A stretch of DNA of 64,000 nt from Acinetobacter sp. (GCA_046347365.1 JAXMGF010000001.1:44954-108953), one strand, 5' to 3'. Numbered from the stretch's first letter, positions 1-9,479 are shown. A program made the numbers and translations. The notes: generated by a model from the sequence alone, not told the origin.

Positions 1-1114
1 TTGGAGGCATTACAAATCCCACCACAGCTTTATCCGCTGTATCATTTACATCGTCTACAACCATTCGATCCACTCGGCTTTGTTTCGGATCGACCTGTGC
101 GCTTCCAAGATCAATGGTTTAAGGTCGCTTCACAGATTCAGCAGGTCAAAGGAGAGCGGCAGGCATGGGTGAATACCCGTTATCCTGTTGAACATGATGA
201 GATGCTGATTCTAAATAGCCAGCAATGGATTCAGGATGTGGCGTTCCCCGCGCGTTTGTATTTAAAAACCCTGGGAGTGGAAAATTTAACGGCAACCGAA
301 CTGGTGGATCAAACTGAACCGTTATTGCTGGATGGTTTGGGAAAATATGCCATTCGCCATTTTCTACAGCAGCAGGATGAGCAGACCTCGGCTGGCATCT
401 TGCAGGATCAATTCCTGTTGGAAAGGTACAGCACAGTGCATGGCAGCAAAGTCGCTTAGAGCAGCAACGCTTGTTGGAGCGCTTGCAGCAGTATGCCCCA
501 GCGCCGACTGAAACCACGCAACGGGTCTGGCGTATCTCAAAACAACTGCAAATGGTCTGTGTCACGCCAAAACTGAACGTTCAGGACTGGGTTAGTCTGG
601 AAGCGTCAAGTGCGCGCGCCAAACGTTTTGTTAAGGTCTGGCTGGAATATTTGTTGTGGCTGGCTGTGTTGAACGATGACTCCGCTACAGAAAAAACGCC
701 GAATTGTGGTGTTTAGTGATCAGACCGTGATTTGTGAAGGCCTAAGTTCACGAACAGGCGAAGCATTATTTAAATGCGTGGTTACAGCTTTGGCACGATG
801 CACAGCAGCAGCCTGTGGTCTTGCCTGCTGCCTTAGTGTTAAAGCCTTTGGAAAAAGGCAAGCAATATGAGTGGATTGAGCTGGATTCAACTCAGGTTTT
901 AACTGAAGAGAGTCAAAAGCAAGTATTGAAGGACTGGAATGATACGGGGGATTTCTCGGGTTTTGATATGACTCAGAATGAAGCCTGTAAATTGCACCGC
1001 GATTGGCAGTTCATTTTGCAGGAACAGGATGCAACCGCTTTATTACAGTATGCCTGTGATCATTATTCCTATGCTTTGTATCAACCGATTTTTGAATTTT
1101 TACGGGTGGAGTAA
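1..1114 (+). CDS. recC: RecBCD gamma subunit, 3' part; split into several frames, probably by sequencing errors
   Basis: Consecutive ORF fragments (1..459, 471..716, 676..870, 815..1114) with RecC C-terminal character (HRLQPFD), ending 3 nt before recB. Confidence 0.85.
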
Positions 1115-1117
1115 GAC

Positions 1118-4100
1118 ATGAACTCAAAATATCCAGTGTCTTATCAACCGATTCGGGATATTCAGTTTGAAGGTTTACATTTAATTGAAGCCTCGGCTGG
1201 AACAGGAAAAACCTATACCCTGTCCAGTTTAATGGTACGGATTTTTCTGGAAAAATACCTGCCGAATCAGGTGATTGCCACCACTTTTACCCGTGCTGCA
1301 GCCGCCGAGCTAAAGTGCCGTATCCGTTTGCGTCTAGTGGAGATTCAGCAGTATCTGGAACCGTTACGTAGCGTAATAGAAACCGATATTCATACACAGG
1401 CGGAGCAGGAAACTGATCCGCTAAAACAGCATGTGTTAAAAACCTTTGCGCCACGTATCGCCTATGCCTGTGAACGGCTGAAACTGGTGATTGATCAACT
1501 GGATGAACTGTTTGTTGGGACGCTGGATAGTTTTAGCCAGAAGTTGTTGCGTGAGTTTGCCTTTGAAAGTGGCAAAATCGAACGCGCAGAAATTACTGAG
1601 GATGCCAAGAGTTATACCCGTCAATTGATCCACGATGTGTTACGCGAATGGATTCAGTCGCAGCCACAACAGGTGATTAATTTTTTATATATCAGTGGGC
1701 AACTTAAATCAGTTGATCATTATATTCAATTGGTAGAATCCAGTTTAAATTTTAGTTCAGCCGCTTTTAAGACCTTAGATACACCTGACTTAAATCTAAA
1801 TAATTTTGAAAGCGCTCTAAATGAGTTAATTCATATTCAAATGGAAGAATTTGAGCAACTTCAAGCCTATTATTTACCAGATGGTGCATATTATAAATTT
1901 ATTCAAAAAAGTATGGGCGTGAAGTTAAATTCTACTTTTGTAGAAGCTTTACCAAAAATTTTAAAAAATGCGGCTGAACAAGGCATAAATTTTTATTTTG
2001 ATAGCCATAGTTTGTATCATATTGATACCTTATTTCTGACAGAGGATGGTGCACCTAGAAAGAAATTTTTTAACAAATGTGATCAAAGTATTCAGGATGA
2101 TTTTTTTAATCATCGGGTGATGATTATATTTAAGAAAATTTCTGACTTTAGGCAGGAAATTCAAAAAACATTAGCTCATTTTGAGTCTTATTTACAATTT
2201 CATTTATGCGAACAAGTTAAACAACGTCTACCACAACTTTTACAACAAAAAGGTGAAACCACCTTTGCCCAGCAGATCAAAACCCTGTCAGATGCCTTAA
2301 AGGGCGAGCAGGGACAACATTTTGCGGTATTTGTACAGTCACGCTATCCATTGATTCTGGTGGATGAGTTTCAGGACACCAACCAAGATCAGGATGATAT
2401 GCTGGCCAGTATCTGGCGGCATCCACAGCGCTACCAAAAGGGCTGCATGATTATGGTCGGTGACCGTAAACAGGCGATTTATGGCTTTCGTGGCGGCGAC
2501 ATGCTGACATTCCTGAATGCCTATCAGGATATTATGGCCAAGCAGGGGCGTGAATATAAACTGATCCACAACCACCGTTCGGTGAAAGAACTGGTTGAAG
2601 TGGTGGATGTATTGTTTCAACGGCAAATGGATTTTGGCGAGCAGGTGATCTATGACCCGATTCAGGCTGGTTCGCGTCCACATCCTGCCCTGATTGACAA
2701 TGAACAGGCCAATCTCGCGCCGTTGCGCTGGTTGCAACTGCAAGAGGGCAATGAGCAAGCGACTCAAGTGGCCTGGAAAATTCAAAGCTTATTGAATCAG
2801 GCGCATTTGCAGCAGCTATGCCTGGATGGTGAGATACGCAAAGCCATTTGTGAAGATGATATTGCGGTGCTTTCCCGTAGCCACCGACAACTGGACGAGG
2901 TTCAATATGCACTGGAACACTTGGGAATCCGTGTCAACCGACCCTCAAAGCGCAGTGTGTTTGACTCAAAGATTGCACAGGATATAGGCGCTTTACTCAC
3001 GGCCTTGCTGCATCCCTATGATGAGGCCAAGTTAAAGCGTGCCTTGCTGAGTCGACTGTTTGGATTTGATTTAAGTCGCTTATTGGCACTGGAACAAAGT
3101 CCAGAGGGCTTGAGCCATTATATTCAGCAATTCGATGACATCCGTGAAATGTGGCTGAATCAGGGATTTCTGGTGGCATGGCAACGTTGTCTGAATCAGT
3201 TTGGTATCTGGCAGCAACTGGTTGCAACGCAAAGTAAAGACAATGAACGGGCAGTGGTCAATCTGCGCCATCTCACTGATATTCTGAGTCAGCATAGTGA
3301 GCATGTGCAGGGAGCGCAAAACCTCTATCACTGGTATTTAAAGCAACTCAATTCTCCAAGTGACCGTGAATGGGAACTGGAACATAAGCTTTCCAGTGAA
3401 GCTGGGGTGCAGTTGATGACCATCCACCAGTCAAAAGGTCTGGAATTTAAAATCGTCTTTTTGCTTGGAGCAAATAAAGCAGCACCAGACTCAAAAAAAG
3501 AGGCTTTAAATTTCTCAACCACAGAAATCCAGCTGCCAGAAACAGGACAAACTAGAACACAGCGTGTGGTGGCGATTGCGGATAAAAACTTTCTACAACA
3601 GAATGAGCTGGATCAGCACCAGCAACGGGCGCAGGCTGAGCAGAACCGTTTGTGGTATGTGGCGTTGACTCGTGCCAGTCATCGGGTCTATGCGGTGTTT
3701 GAACCTGAAAAGGGTGATAAGAACAAACTGTCAGGATTGGCATTCTGGAAGAATCAGGGTGAAGCATTCCAGCATCCACATTGTTTGGATGAAGCACTGG
3801 TTCTGGAGCGGCCGCAAGCATTGCACCGCCAGCAGCAGACCCAACAAACAATTCCACTTTCCGCACAGCCTTTACCTATGCAGCGTTTTTATGCACGGGG
3901 TAAAACCAGCTTCAGTTATCTGGCACAGCATTTAAGACACAAGGCCAGTCATGCGGATCGTCTGGCCAATATTGAGCAGAACTTCGATCAGGCGGAGGAT
4001 GAGATACATGTTCGGCTGACAGCATCTGCGCCTGCCTCCCAACCCATTGCGTGGATTAAACAACACTTTCCGAGAGGAACGCTGGCTGGAAATTTCCTGC

Positions 4101-4840
4101 ATGAGATTTTTGAACAGATTGATTTTCAGCGACCTGAAACATGGGTGGAGGAAATCCGCCGCCGTTTTAAGAATACCTATCAAGGCTTATGGTTTGACTT
4201 GCTGGATCAATACCAGAATCATTTTCCAGCACAGGAAAACTCAGAGCAGCAACTATACCAATGGATTGCGACATGGCTGGGTGAGGTGTTGGCCACGCCA
4301 CTGAACGACGGCTTCCAGTTAAAACAATTGCTGGCAGGACAATATCTATCGGAATGTCCATTTTATCTGGCCTTGTCGGATCGTGTGCTGGCCATGCAGC
4401 GCGTACAGCAACTGTTCACAGAATATGGTATCAGCATGCCTGAATTACTGGAGGCGAAATCTGCCCGATACTTAAATGGCTCTATTGACTTGGTCTATTT
4501 TGACGGTCAGCGTTATCACATTGCTGATTATAAAAGTAACTATCTGGGCGCTGAACAGGCAGATTACCAGCCTAGCCAAATTGCAGATAGTATGTCGCTG
4601 TCGAGCTACTGGTTACAGGCGGCCTTGTATCTGGTGGCACTGCACCGCTATCTGAGCGTGAAACTACAGAATTATCAGATTGAGCAGCATCTGGGTGGGG
4701 CATCCTATCTGTATTTGCGTGGCATGAATGGACAGGCGCAGCAGGGCTATATGTACTGGAAACCTGATGACGAATTTATCTTGCGTCTGGATGCCATCCT
4801 TGGATACTTCTCTGAGGATAAAATGGGCAAACCAATGTAG
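1118..4840 (+). CDS. recB: RecBCD beta subunit (helicase-nuclease)
   Basis: 1240 aa; EASAGTGKT Walker A, VDEFQD, MTIHQSKGLE, YVALTRA, nuclease motif GSIDLVY...DYKSN. Confidence 0.97.
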   Translation: MNSKYPVSYQPIRDIQFEGLHLIEASAGTGKTYTLSSLMVRIFLEKYLPNQVIATTFTRAAAAELKCRIRLRLVEIQQYLEPLRSVIETDIHTQAEQETDPLKQHVLKTFAPRIAYACERLKLVIDQLDELFVGTLDSFSQKLLREFAFESGKIERAEITEDAKSYTRQLIHDVLREWIQSQPQQVINFLYISGQLKSVDHYIQLVESSLNFSSAAFKTLDTPDLNLNNFESALNELIHIQMEEFEQLQAYYLPDGAYYKFIQKSMGVKLNSTFVEALPKILKNAAEQGINFYFDSHSLYHIDTLFLTEDGAPRKKFFNKCDQSIQDDFFNHRVMIIFKKISDFRQEIQKTLAHFESYLQFHLCEQVKQRLPQLLQQKGETTFAQQIKTLSDALKGEQGQHFAVFVQSRYPLILVDEFQDTNQDQDDMLASIWRHPQRYQKGCMIMVGDRKQAIYGFRGGDMLTFLNAYQDIMAKQGREYKLIHNHRSVKELVEVVDVLFQRQMDFGEQVIYDPIQAGSRPHPALIDNEQANLAPLRWLQLQEGNEQATQVAWKIQSLLNQAHLQQLCLDGEIRKAICEDDIAVLSRSHRQLDEVQYALEHLGIRVNRPSKRSVFDSKIAQDIGALLTALLHPYDEAKLKRALLSRLFGFDLSRLLALEQSPEGLSHYIQQFDDIREMWLNQGFLVAWQRCLNQFGIWQQLVATQSKDNERAVVNLRHLTDILSQHSEHVQGAQNLYHWYLKQLNSPSDREWELEHKLSSEAGVQLMTIHQSKGLEFKIVFLLGANKAAPDSKKEALNFSTTEIQLPETGQTRTQRVVAIADKNFLQQNELDQHQQRAQAEQNRLWYVALTRASHRVYAVFEPEKGDKNKLSGLAFWKNQGEAFQHPHCLDEALVLERPQALHRQQQTQQTIPLSAQPLPMQRFYARGKTSFSYLAQHLRHKASHADRLANIEQNFDQAEDEIHVRLTASAPASQPIAWIKQHFPRGTLAGNFLHEIFEQIDFQRPETWVEEIRRRFKNTYQGLWFDLLDQYQNHFPAQENSEQQLYQWIATWLGEVLATPLNDGFQLKQLLAGQYLSECPFYLALSDRVLAMQRVQQLFTEYGISMPELLEAKSARYLNGSIDLVYFDGQRYHIADYKSNYLGAEQADYQPSQIADSMSLSSYWLQAALYLVALHRYLSVKLQNYQIEQHLGGASYLYLRGMNGQAQQGYMYWKPDDEFILRLDAILGYFSEDKMGKPM

Positions 4841-4878
4841 ATAAAAGTAATGAATTTAGATTAAACAATAGTTTATCA

Positions 4879-4947
4879 TGTGGATAAATGTGTTTATAAC
4901 CTTGTGGACAAGCGTGTGGGTAAGTTTGAGGATAACTCTGTGGACAA
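4879..4947. promoter_or_regulatory. Array of six DnaA-box-like 9-mers at 12-bp period
   Basis: TGTGGATAA 4879, TGTTTATAA 4891, TGTGGACAA 4903, TGTGGGTAA 4915, TGAGGATAA 4927, TGTGGACAA 4939; extra TGAGGATAA 4813 and TGTAGATAA 4836. Confidence 0.8.
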
Positions 4948-6691
4948 ACAAGTAAATGATCAGTCAGCAACGGCAGGCTGGCTTGAGATGTGGAGTAACT
5001 ACCTCACACAGGCACCATTTTCCCAATCGGCTCAGGCAGATGGTGCAGCGCAAATCTTACAGCAACTGATTGAGGCCAGTTTGCGTGGCGACAGTTGTAT
5101 TGAGGCAAATCCTGCACAACTTGAAGCACTGGGCGATCTGGTGGTGTCCAGCGAGGTTGCAGCCACTCAGGTTGCCCCATGCGTCCACGATCAGCAGGGC
5201 TTGGCATTATACCGATATTGGCAACTGGAACAACGCCTAGCTGATCAGATTTGTCGATTAAAGCGACAAACGATTCAGTTGCTCGATACAGCACCTTATC
5301 AGCACTTGCTCAGCGATGAACATCAGCAGGCCGCCCTTAAAATGGTGATGCAGCAATGGCTGAGTATCATTACAGGGGGGCCAGGAACAGGCAAAACCTA
5401 TACGCTGGCCCGTATTATCGCGGTACTGAACCAGATGATTCCTGACCTGCGCATTGCGATGGCGGCACCCACAGGTAAGGCAGCCCAGCGTATGCAGGAG
5501 GCCTTGCAGCATTCATTGAATGACCCCAAGCTGCTTGAGTCGGGATTGGTCACCGATGAACTGCGCCACCAAAGCACCCAGACCCTGCACCGTTTGCTGG
5601 GTATAGGCAATCGGCAGATCCCACGTTTTCATCAAAAGCAGCCTTTGCCCTATGATGTGATAGTGGTGGATGAAGCCTCCATGCTGGACTTGAATCTGGC
5701 AACCCTGTTGTTTGAGGCGGTGCCTGAAAACTGCCGCATTATTTTACTGGGTGATGCCAATCAGCTGGCTTCTGTGGATGTGGGTTCTGTACTGGCAGAC
5801 TTACAGCAGGTGCAGGGCTTGGCTGAAAACCGTGTCCATTTGCAAAAAAGCCGCCGTTTTGCGGGTGAGGCAAAAATTGGACAGTTGGCAAGATTTATTC
5901 AGGCCCAGCAGCAGCCAACACAACATGCTCAGGTATTGACCACACTGGAACAGGAGATTGCTGCGCCTACCAGCTTGCAACCGATTGCATTATCCAAAGA
6001 GATGTCAGACTTTATTCAACTGGAATATTTGCCCAAGTATGGTGAGTTCGAAATTGAACCCTATCAACAAAAGCTGATGTATGGGTTTCAGGGCTATGTT
6101 GAGGCACTGCAACACTATGTGCAGGGCGATGAACCAGAACCGTATATCCAGCAGGTGATACACGCATTTGATGATTACCGAATTTTAACCGCCGTTCGAC
6201 ATGGGCAACTGGGATTGCAGCAACTGAACCGTTATGCTGAACAGTGGCTCAATCAGCAGCTTAAACAGATTGCGGTGGGCGACTGGTATGTGGGCCGTCC
6301 CGTGATGATGACCTACAACGACTATCAGCTTGGAATCTCCAATGGAGACATTGGCATTTGTTTTAAACATAGAAGCCAATCTCAGCAGTTTGAGGTGTAT
6401 TTTCCAAGTCTGGATAAATGGATTGCTGCACACCGCTTACCTCGTAACATGCAAACTGCATTTGCGCTCACCATTCACAAATCACAGGGCTCTGAATTTA
6501 CCCATACCGCGATTGTTCTGGATGCCTCCGCAGAGAAGTTACTAAGTCAGGAACTGATTTATACCGCAGTGACGCGCGCCAAAAAAGTGGTCAGTATTCT
6601 GGCCGATTCAGGCACCTTGCAACAGGCGCTTATAATTCGAACAGTTCGCCGTAGTGGTTTAGCACAAAAGATCAATTTTGCTGGATTATAA
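4880..6691 (+). CDS. recD: RecBCD alpha subunit (start codon uncertain)
   Basis: GGPGTGKT, APTGKAA, VVDEASM, TIHKSQGSEF, YTAVTRAK; follows recB. Confidence 0.96.
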   Translation: MDKCVYNLVDKRVGKFEDNSVDKQVNDQSATAGWLEMWSNYLTQAPFSQSAQADGAAQILQQLIEASLRGDSCIEANPAQLEALGDLVVSSEVAATQVAPCVHDQQGLALYRYWQLEQRLADQICRLKRQTIQLLDTAPYQHLLSDEHQQAALKMVMQQWLSIITGGPGTGKTYTLARIIAVLNQMIPDLRIAMAAPTGKAAQRMQEALQHSLNDPKLLESGLVTDELRHQSTQTLHRLLGIGNRQIPRFHQKQPLPYDVIVVDEASMLDLNLATLLFEAVPENCRIILLGDANQLASVDVGSVLADLQQVQGLAENRVHLQKSRRFAGEAKIGQLARFIQAQQQPTQHAQVLTTLEQEIAAPTSLQPIALSKEMSDFIQLEYLPKYGEFEIEPYQQKLMYGFQGYVEALQHYVQGDEPEPYIQQVIHAFDDYRILTAVRHGQLGLQQLNRYAEQWLNQQLKQIAVGDWYVGRPVMMTYNDYQLGISNGDIGICFKHRSQSQQFEVYFPSLDKWIAAHRLPRNMQTAFALTIHKSQGSEFTHTAIVLDASAEKLLSQELIYTAVTRAKKVVSILADSGTLQQALIIRTVRRSGLAQKINFAGL

Positions 6692-6716
6692 AGTTATTCT
6701 TTAAAATTCACCGTTT

Positions 6717-6734
6717 TGTAAGAAAAAGCTTACA
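6717..6734. promoter_or_regulatory. GacA/UvrY-type upstream activating sequence
   Basis: Perfect TGTAAG-AAAAAG-CTTACA, matching the TGTAAG-N6-CTTACA box of Gac-activated rsm sRNA genes. Confidence 0.7.
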
Positions 6735-6771
6735 AGGATTCGAGATATTGTCGCTAGAGCAAGCTGAATGT

Positions 6772-6939
6772 TTTTGAGATTATGGACACACAATGAGTCT
6801 GGCACGGAAAGCTAGATAAATCGCAAAACGATAATAAGAAAGTCTGAAAGACATCGAACTTACAGTGAGGTAAGTGATAAAAGAGGAAACTTACAGCCGC
6901 TAAGCCTTGTAGTTTTGGGAGAGACTACAGGGCTTTTTT
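6772..6939 (+). ncRNA. Candidate CsrB/RsmY-like sRNA (5' end approximate)
   Basis: Downstream of a perfect GacA-type box; serial short hairpins, some with GGA loops (TCTGGC-ACGGAAA-GCTAGA 6798-6816; AAG-AGGAAA-CTT 6881-6892); ends in a terminator; no ORF. Confidence 0.6.
6902..6939 (+). terminator. Intrinsic terminator
   Basis: GCCTTGTAGTTTT-GGGA-GAGACTACAGGGC followed by T6; G-U pairs form only on the + strand. Confidence 0.85.
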
Positions 6940-7154
6940 ATTTTTATCCATATTAAATGAATAAAATCATGATAAATATTGGTTTTATTTTAACCAGTAT
7001 TGTTTAAACTCTACTTGTTCAAGCATTGCGTCAGATCGGTTGCATGTCTTGTCCATGCACATTTATCTAGTGAAAAATAACGGCAACATCTAAAAGCTAA
7101 GATATTGTTGTTTGACAATTTTTTTGGATTATTCAGTTAAATGTTATACAGAAC

Positions 7155-7172
7155 CGTACGTTTTTACTTACA
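7155..7172. promoter_or_regulatory. Degenerate GacA-type box
   Basis: CGTACG-TTTTTA-CTTACA (right half perfect), followed by a CATAAT -10-like hexamer at 7201-7206. Confidence 0.45.
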
Positions 7173-7212
7173 AAGAGATGAGAAAAATCCTATTTTTCTT
7201 CATAATTAATTT

Positions 7213-7387
7213 TGACAGGATGGTAAGTACAGAGGAAAGAAGATATCACCAAAGGAAACTTAAAAATCATAAGATTGTGGTAAGCGTTCAGAGGGTTTGA
7301 ATGAAAAATAACAAGCAATAAAAATAAATCAAAACTAGAATAATAAAAACTACGCGCAAAGGCTCAGGTGAAAATCTGGGCTTTTTT
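7213..7387 (+). ncRNA. Candidate second sRNA with GGA and AANAANAA motifs (ends approximate)
   Basis: ACAGGA 7215, AGAGGA 7231, AAAGGA 7251; A-rich AATAACAA, AATAAAAA and AATAATAA at 7305-7349; terminator 7358-7387. Confidence 0.5.
7358..7387 (+). terminator. Intrinsic terminator
   Basis: GGCTCAGG-TGAAAA-TCTGGGC followed by T6, inside a longer CTACGCGC/GTGCGTAG stem; G-U pairs favour the + strand. Confidence 0.75.
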
Positions 7388-7410
7388 GTGCGTAGCTGTT
7401 CTTCAACTGA

Positions 7411-8709
7411 TTAAACCAGATCATTTTCACTACGGTCAGTGGCAAATAATGAGCGGCGCTGGTTTTTCGGGATTTTTGGACAGTTATTTGAGATTTGGTA
7501 CAACATTTTTGTCAGCGCAGGCAAGTGGGTACCGACTACAGATTTTCCTGTGGTGAGTAATGACACACTGATATCACGTTCAGGGTCTGCCCAGCATAGG
7601 ATATTGGAGAAACCAATATGTCCAAATGCCTGTCCTGTCATTGGCCCAAACAAACCAATAGGGTTACTGCCGAGCATTGGGCCAAGTGCATAACGCATTG
7701 GCGCAAGTAAACTACGGTCGATACTGACGCCAGAGGTCGGCAAGGTCGAACGGAAAACGGTTTTGGCACTCATGATCTGTTTGCCCTGATATTCACCACC
7801 ACTGAGCAACATTTCAAAAAAACGTCCTGACTGCTCTGCACTGGTGTAGATGTTGCCAGCAGGGCAGATGATGTCCATGAAACGTGTGTCATTGGTAATG
7901 TCCACAGCGGTTTGTAGCCCAGCACCCAGCACATGCTTTAAATAACGATCCGTACCTAAACCTGGATGCATGCCAGTGGCGTAGTTCATTGCCACATCTG
8001 CGCGGTACTCTGGTTTTAGGCCATAGTTGAAATAATCCAGACCCATTGGCTTTTCAATATGTTCAGCCAGATATTCACGCACGCTTTGTCCTGTGACACG
8101 CTTGATCACCTCACCCAGAATATAGCCTGCGGTCACGGCATGATAGGCAAGATGCGTACCTGATGGTGAAACTGGCTTGGCCGCGCACAGGCGTTTTAGA
8201 ATCTCTTTCTCATCAAACAGCAATTCAGGGGTGATCTCACCGTCGATCCGTGGAATTCCACCGCGATGTGATAACAGGTGGAACAGGGTCGCACGCCGTT
8301 TGCCATTGACCCCATATTCAGGAATGTAATAGCTGATTGGATCCAGCAGGTTCAGGTCACCACGCTCATCCAGCATGTGTACCAGCATGGCCGTGACCAT
8401 TTTAGAGGCTGAGAACAGGCAAACGGGGGTGTCTGGTGTGCCGATCTTGGCATCAGCACCCAGACCATCGGGAGTGTTGCCCTGAGCGTAGCCAATGCTA
8501 CGGTTCAGCAGGATTTGTCCCTGACGGCGTAGACATAGGGTAATTAAAGGATAGTTCCCCGTTTTATAAAGACATTCAACACTATCCCAAATCTTCTGGA
8601 CCTGCTTTTCCGTCAAGCCGCCCAATTCAGCCGCGACTTCATCTTTGGAACGAATGACTTGATTGAGGTCATCTGGCACATAACAGGTATTGGTGGATAA
8701 GATTTTCAC
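7411..8709 (-). CDS. Serine hydrolase of the beta-lactamase/esterase family
   Basis: FSASK (SxxK), LLSHRGG, AYHA, FGHIG; likely GTG start at 8709 with a GAGGG RBS (ORF extends to 8796). Confidence 0.88.
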   Translation of the reverse strand: MKILSTNTCYVPDDLNQVIRSKDEVAAELGGLTEKQVQKIWDSVECLYKTGNYPLITLCLRRQGQILLNRSIGYAQGNTPDGLGADAKIGTPDTPVCLFSASKMVTAMLVHMLDERGDLNLLDPISYYIPEYGVNGKRRATLFHLLSHRGGIPRIDGEITPELLFDEKEILKRLCAAKPVSPSGTHLAYHAVTAGYILGEVIKRVTGQSVREYLAEHIEKPMGLDYFNYGLKPEYRADVAMNYATGMHPGLGTDRYLKHVLGAGLQTAVDITNDTRFMDIICPAGNIYTSAEQSGRFFEMLLSGGEYQGKQIMSAKTVFRSTLPTSGVSIDRSLLAPMRYALGPMLGSNPIGLFGPMTGQAFGHIGFSNILCWADPERDISVSLLTTGKSVVGTHLPALTKMLYQISNNCPKIPKNQRRSLFATDRSENDLV

Positions 8710-8830
8710 GATTCCCTCGCTAATTTTTCGTTTTCTTTCATTTCTGTTATAAACTGAAAACAGAATTGATAAATAGTTTGCCTGTTTTTCTGACAATTGT
8801 CATTGTCCCAATGATGAAATAAAAACATTT

Positions 8831-8859
8831 TTGCAATATAGCCATAGATCACTTAAAAT
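8831..8859 (+). promoter_or_regulatory. Sigma70 promoter of rpsO
   Basis: TTGCAA-17 nt-TAAAAT. Confidence 0.65.
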
Positions 8860-8946
8860 AGGCGAATTGCTGTAGTGATGCACGGCAATCAGTTGCTTGC
8901 AACTGATCATTATCATTTTATTTTTTAAGCATCTCGGAGAAATCGA

Positions 8947-9216
8947 ATGGCTTTAACTAACGCAGATCGCGCAGAGATCATCGCTAAATTTGCTCGTGCA
9001 GAAAACGACACAGGTTCACCAGAAGTACAGGTTGCTTTGTTGACTGCTCAAATCAATGATTTGCAAGGTCACTTTAAAGAGCACAAACATGACCACCACA
9101 GCCGTCGTGGTTTGATTCGTATGGTAAACCAGCGTCGTAAACTACTTGACTATTTAAATGGTAAAGATCACGGTCGTTATGTTGCTTTGATCGGCGCATT
9201 AGGTTTACGTCGTTAA
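8947..9216 (+). CDS. rpsO: 30S ribosomal protein S15
   Basis: 89 aa; [24 protein letters not shown]. Confidence 0.99.
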   Translation: MALTNADRAEIIAKFARAENDTGSPEVQVALLTAQINDLQGHFKEHKHDHHSRRGLIRMVNQRRKLLDYLNGKDHGRYVALIGALGLRR

Positions 9217-9306
9217 TTCGATTTGGCTTTATTTTCGGTATTTCGCATGTTGCAATGCTTTAACGCTGAAAACAAAGTTTCGCCTGATTTAAGTTAGGCG
9301 ATTTTT

Positions 9307-9340
9307 AGAAGGGGCGCATGTTCGCTCCTTCTTTGTGTTT
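9307..9340 (+). terminator. Terminator between rpsO and pnp
   Basis: AGAAGGGGCG-loop-CGCTCCTTCT followed by a T-rich tail. Confidence 0.65.
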
Positions 9341-9479
9341 AAATTTATTTAAAAATTTTGATCTGGTGCGATGGCTTCTAAGCTTTGTCATTTATCTACA
9401 CATGAGTTGTGGTCTGAATGCCAAACCTTAGGGGTCTCACTAGAATAACTTTTTAAAAGAAACCAGGAAAATATAATAC

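Noticed and set aside
463-471. AGCAACGCT in recC (also GCAACGCTTTA near 37856) as further copies of the palindromic repeat
   Set aside because: Only the core matches; there is no extended stem or flanking similarity.
4879-4947. DnaA-box array read as oriC, a CRISPR array or a protein repeat
   Set aside because: There is no dnaA/gidA/rpmH context, the unit is 12 bp with no spacers, and the match is to the DnaA-box nucleotide consensus.
7112-7300. 62-aa ORF in the recD-esterase intergenic region
   Set aside because: TTG start without an RBS, AT-rich, and it overlaps the better-supported promoter and sRNA signals.
7411-8709. Possible beta-lactam resistance gene
   Set aside because: The motifs (SxxK, YHA, GHxG) fit the esterase-like serine hydrolases, and there is no signal peptide.
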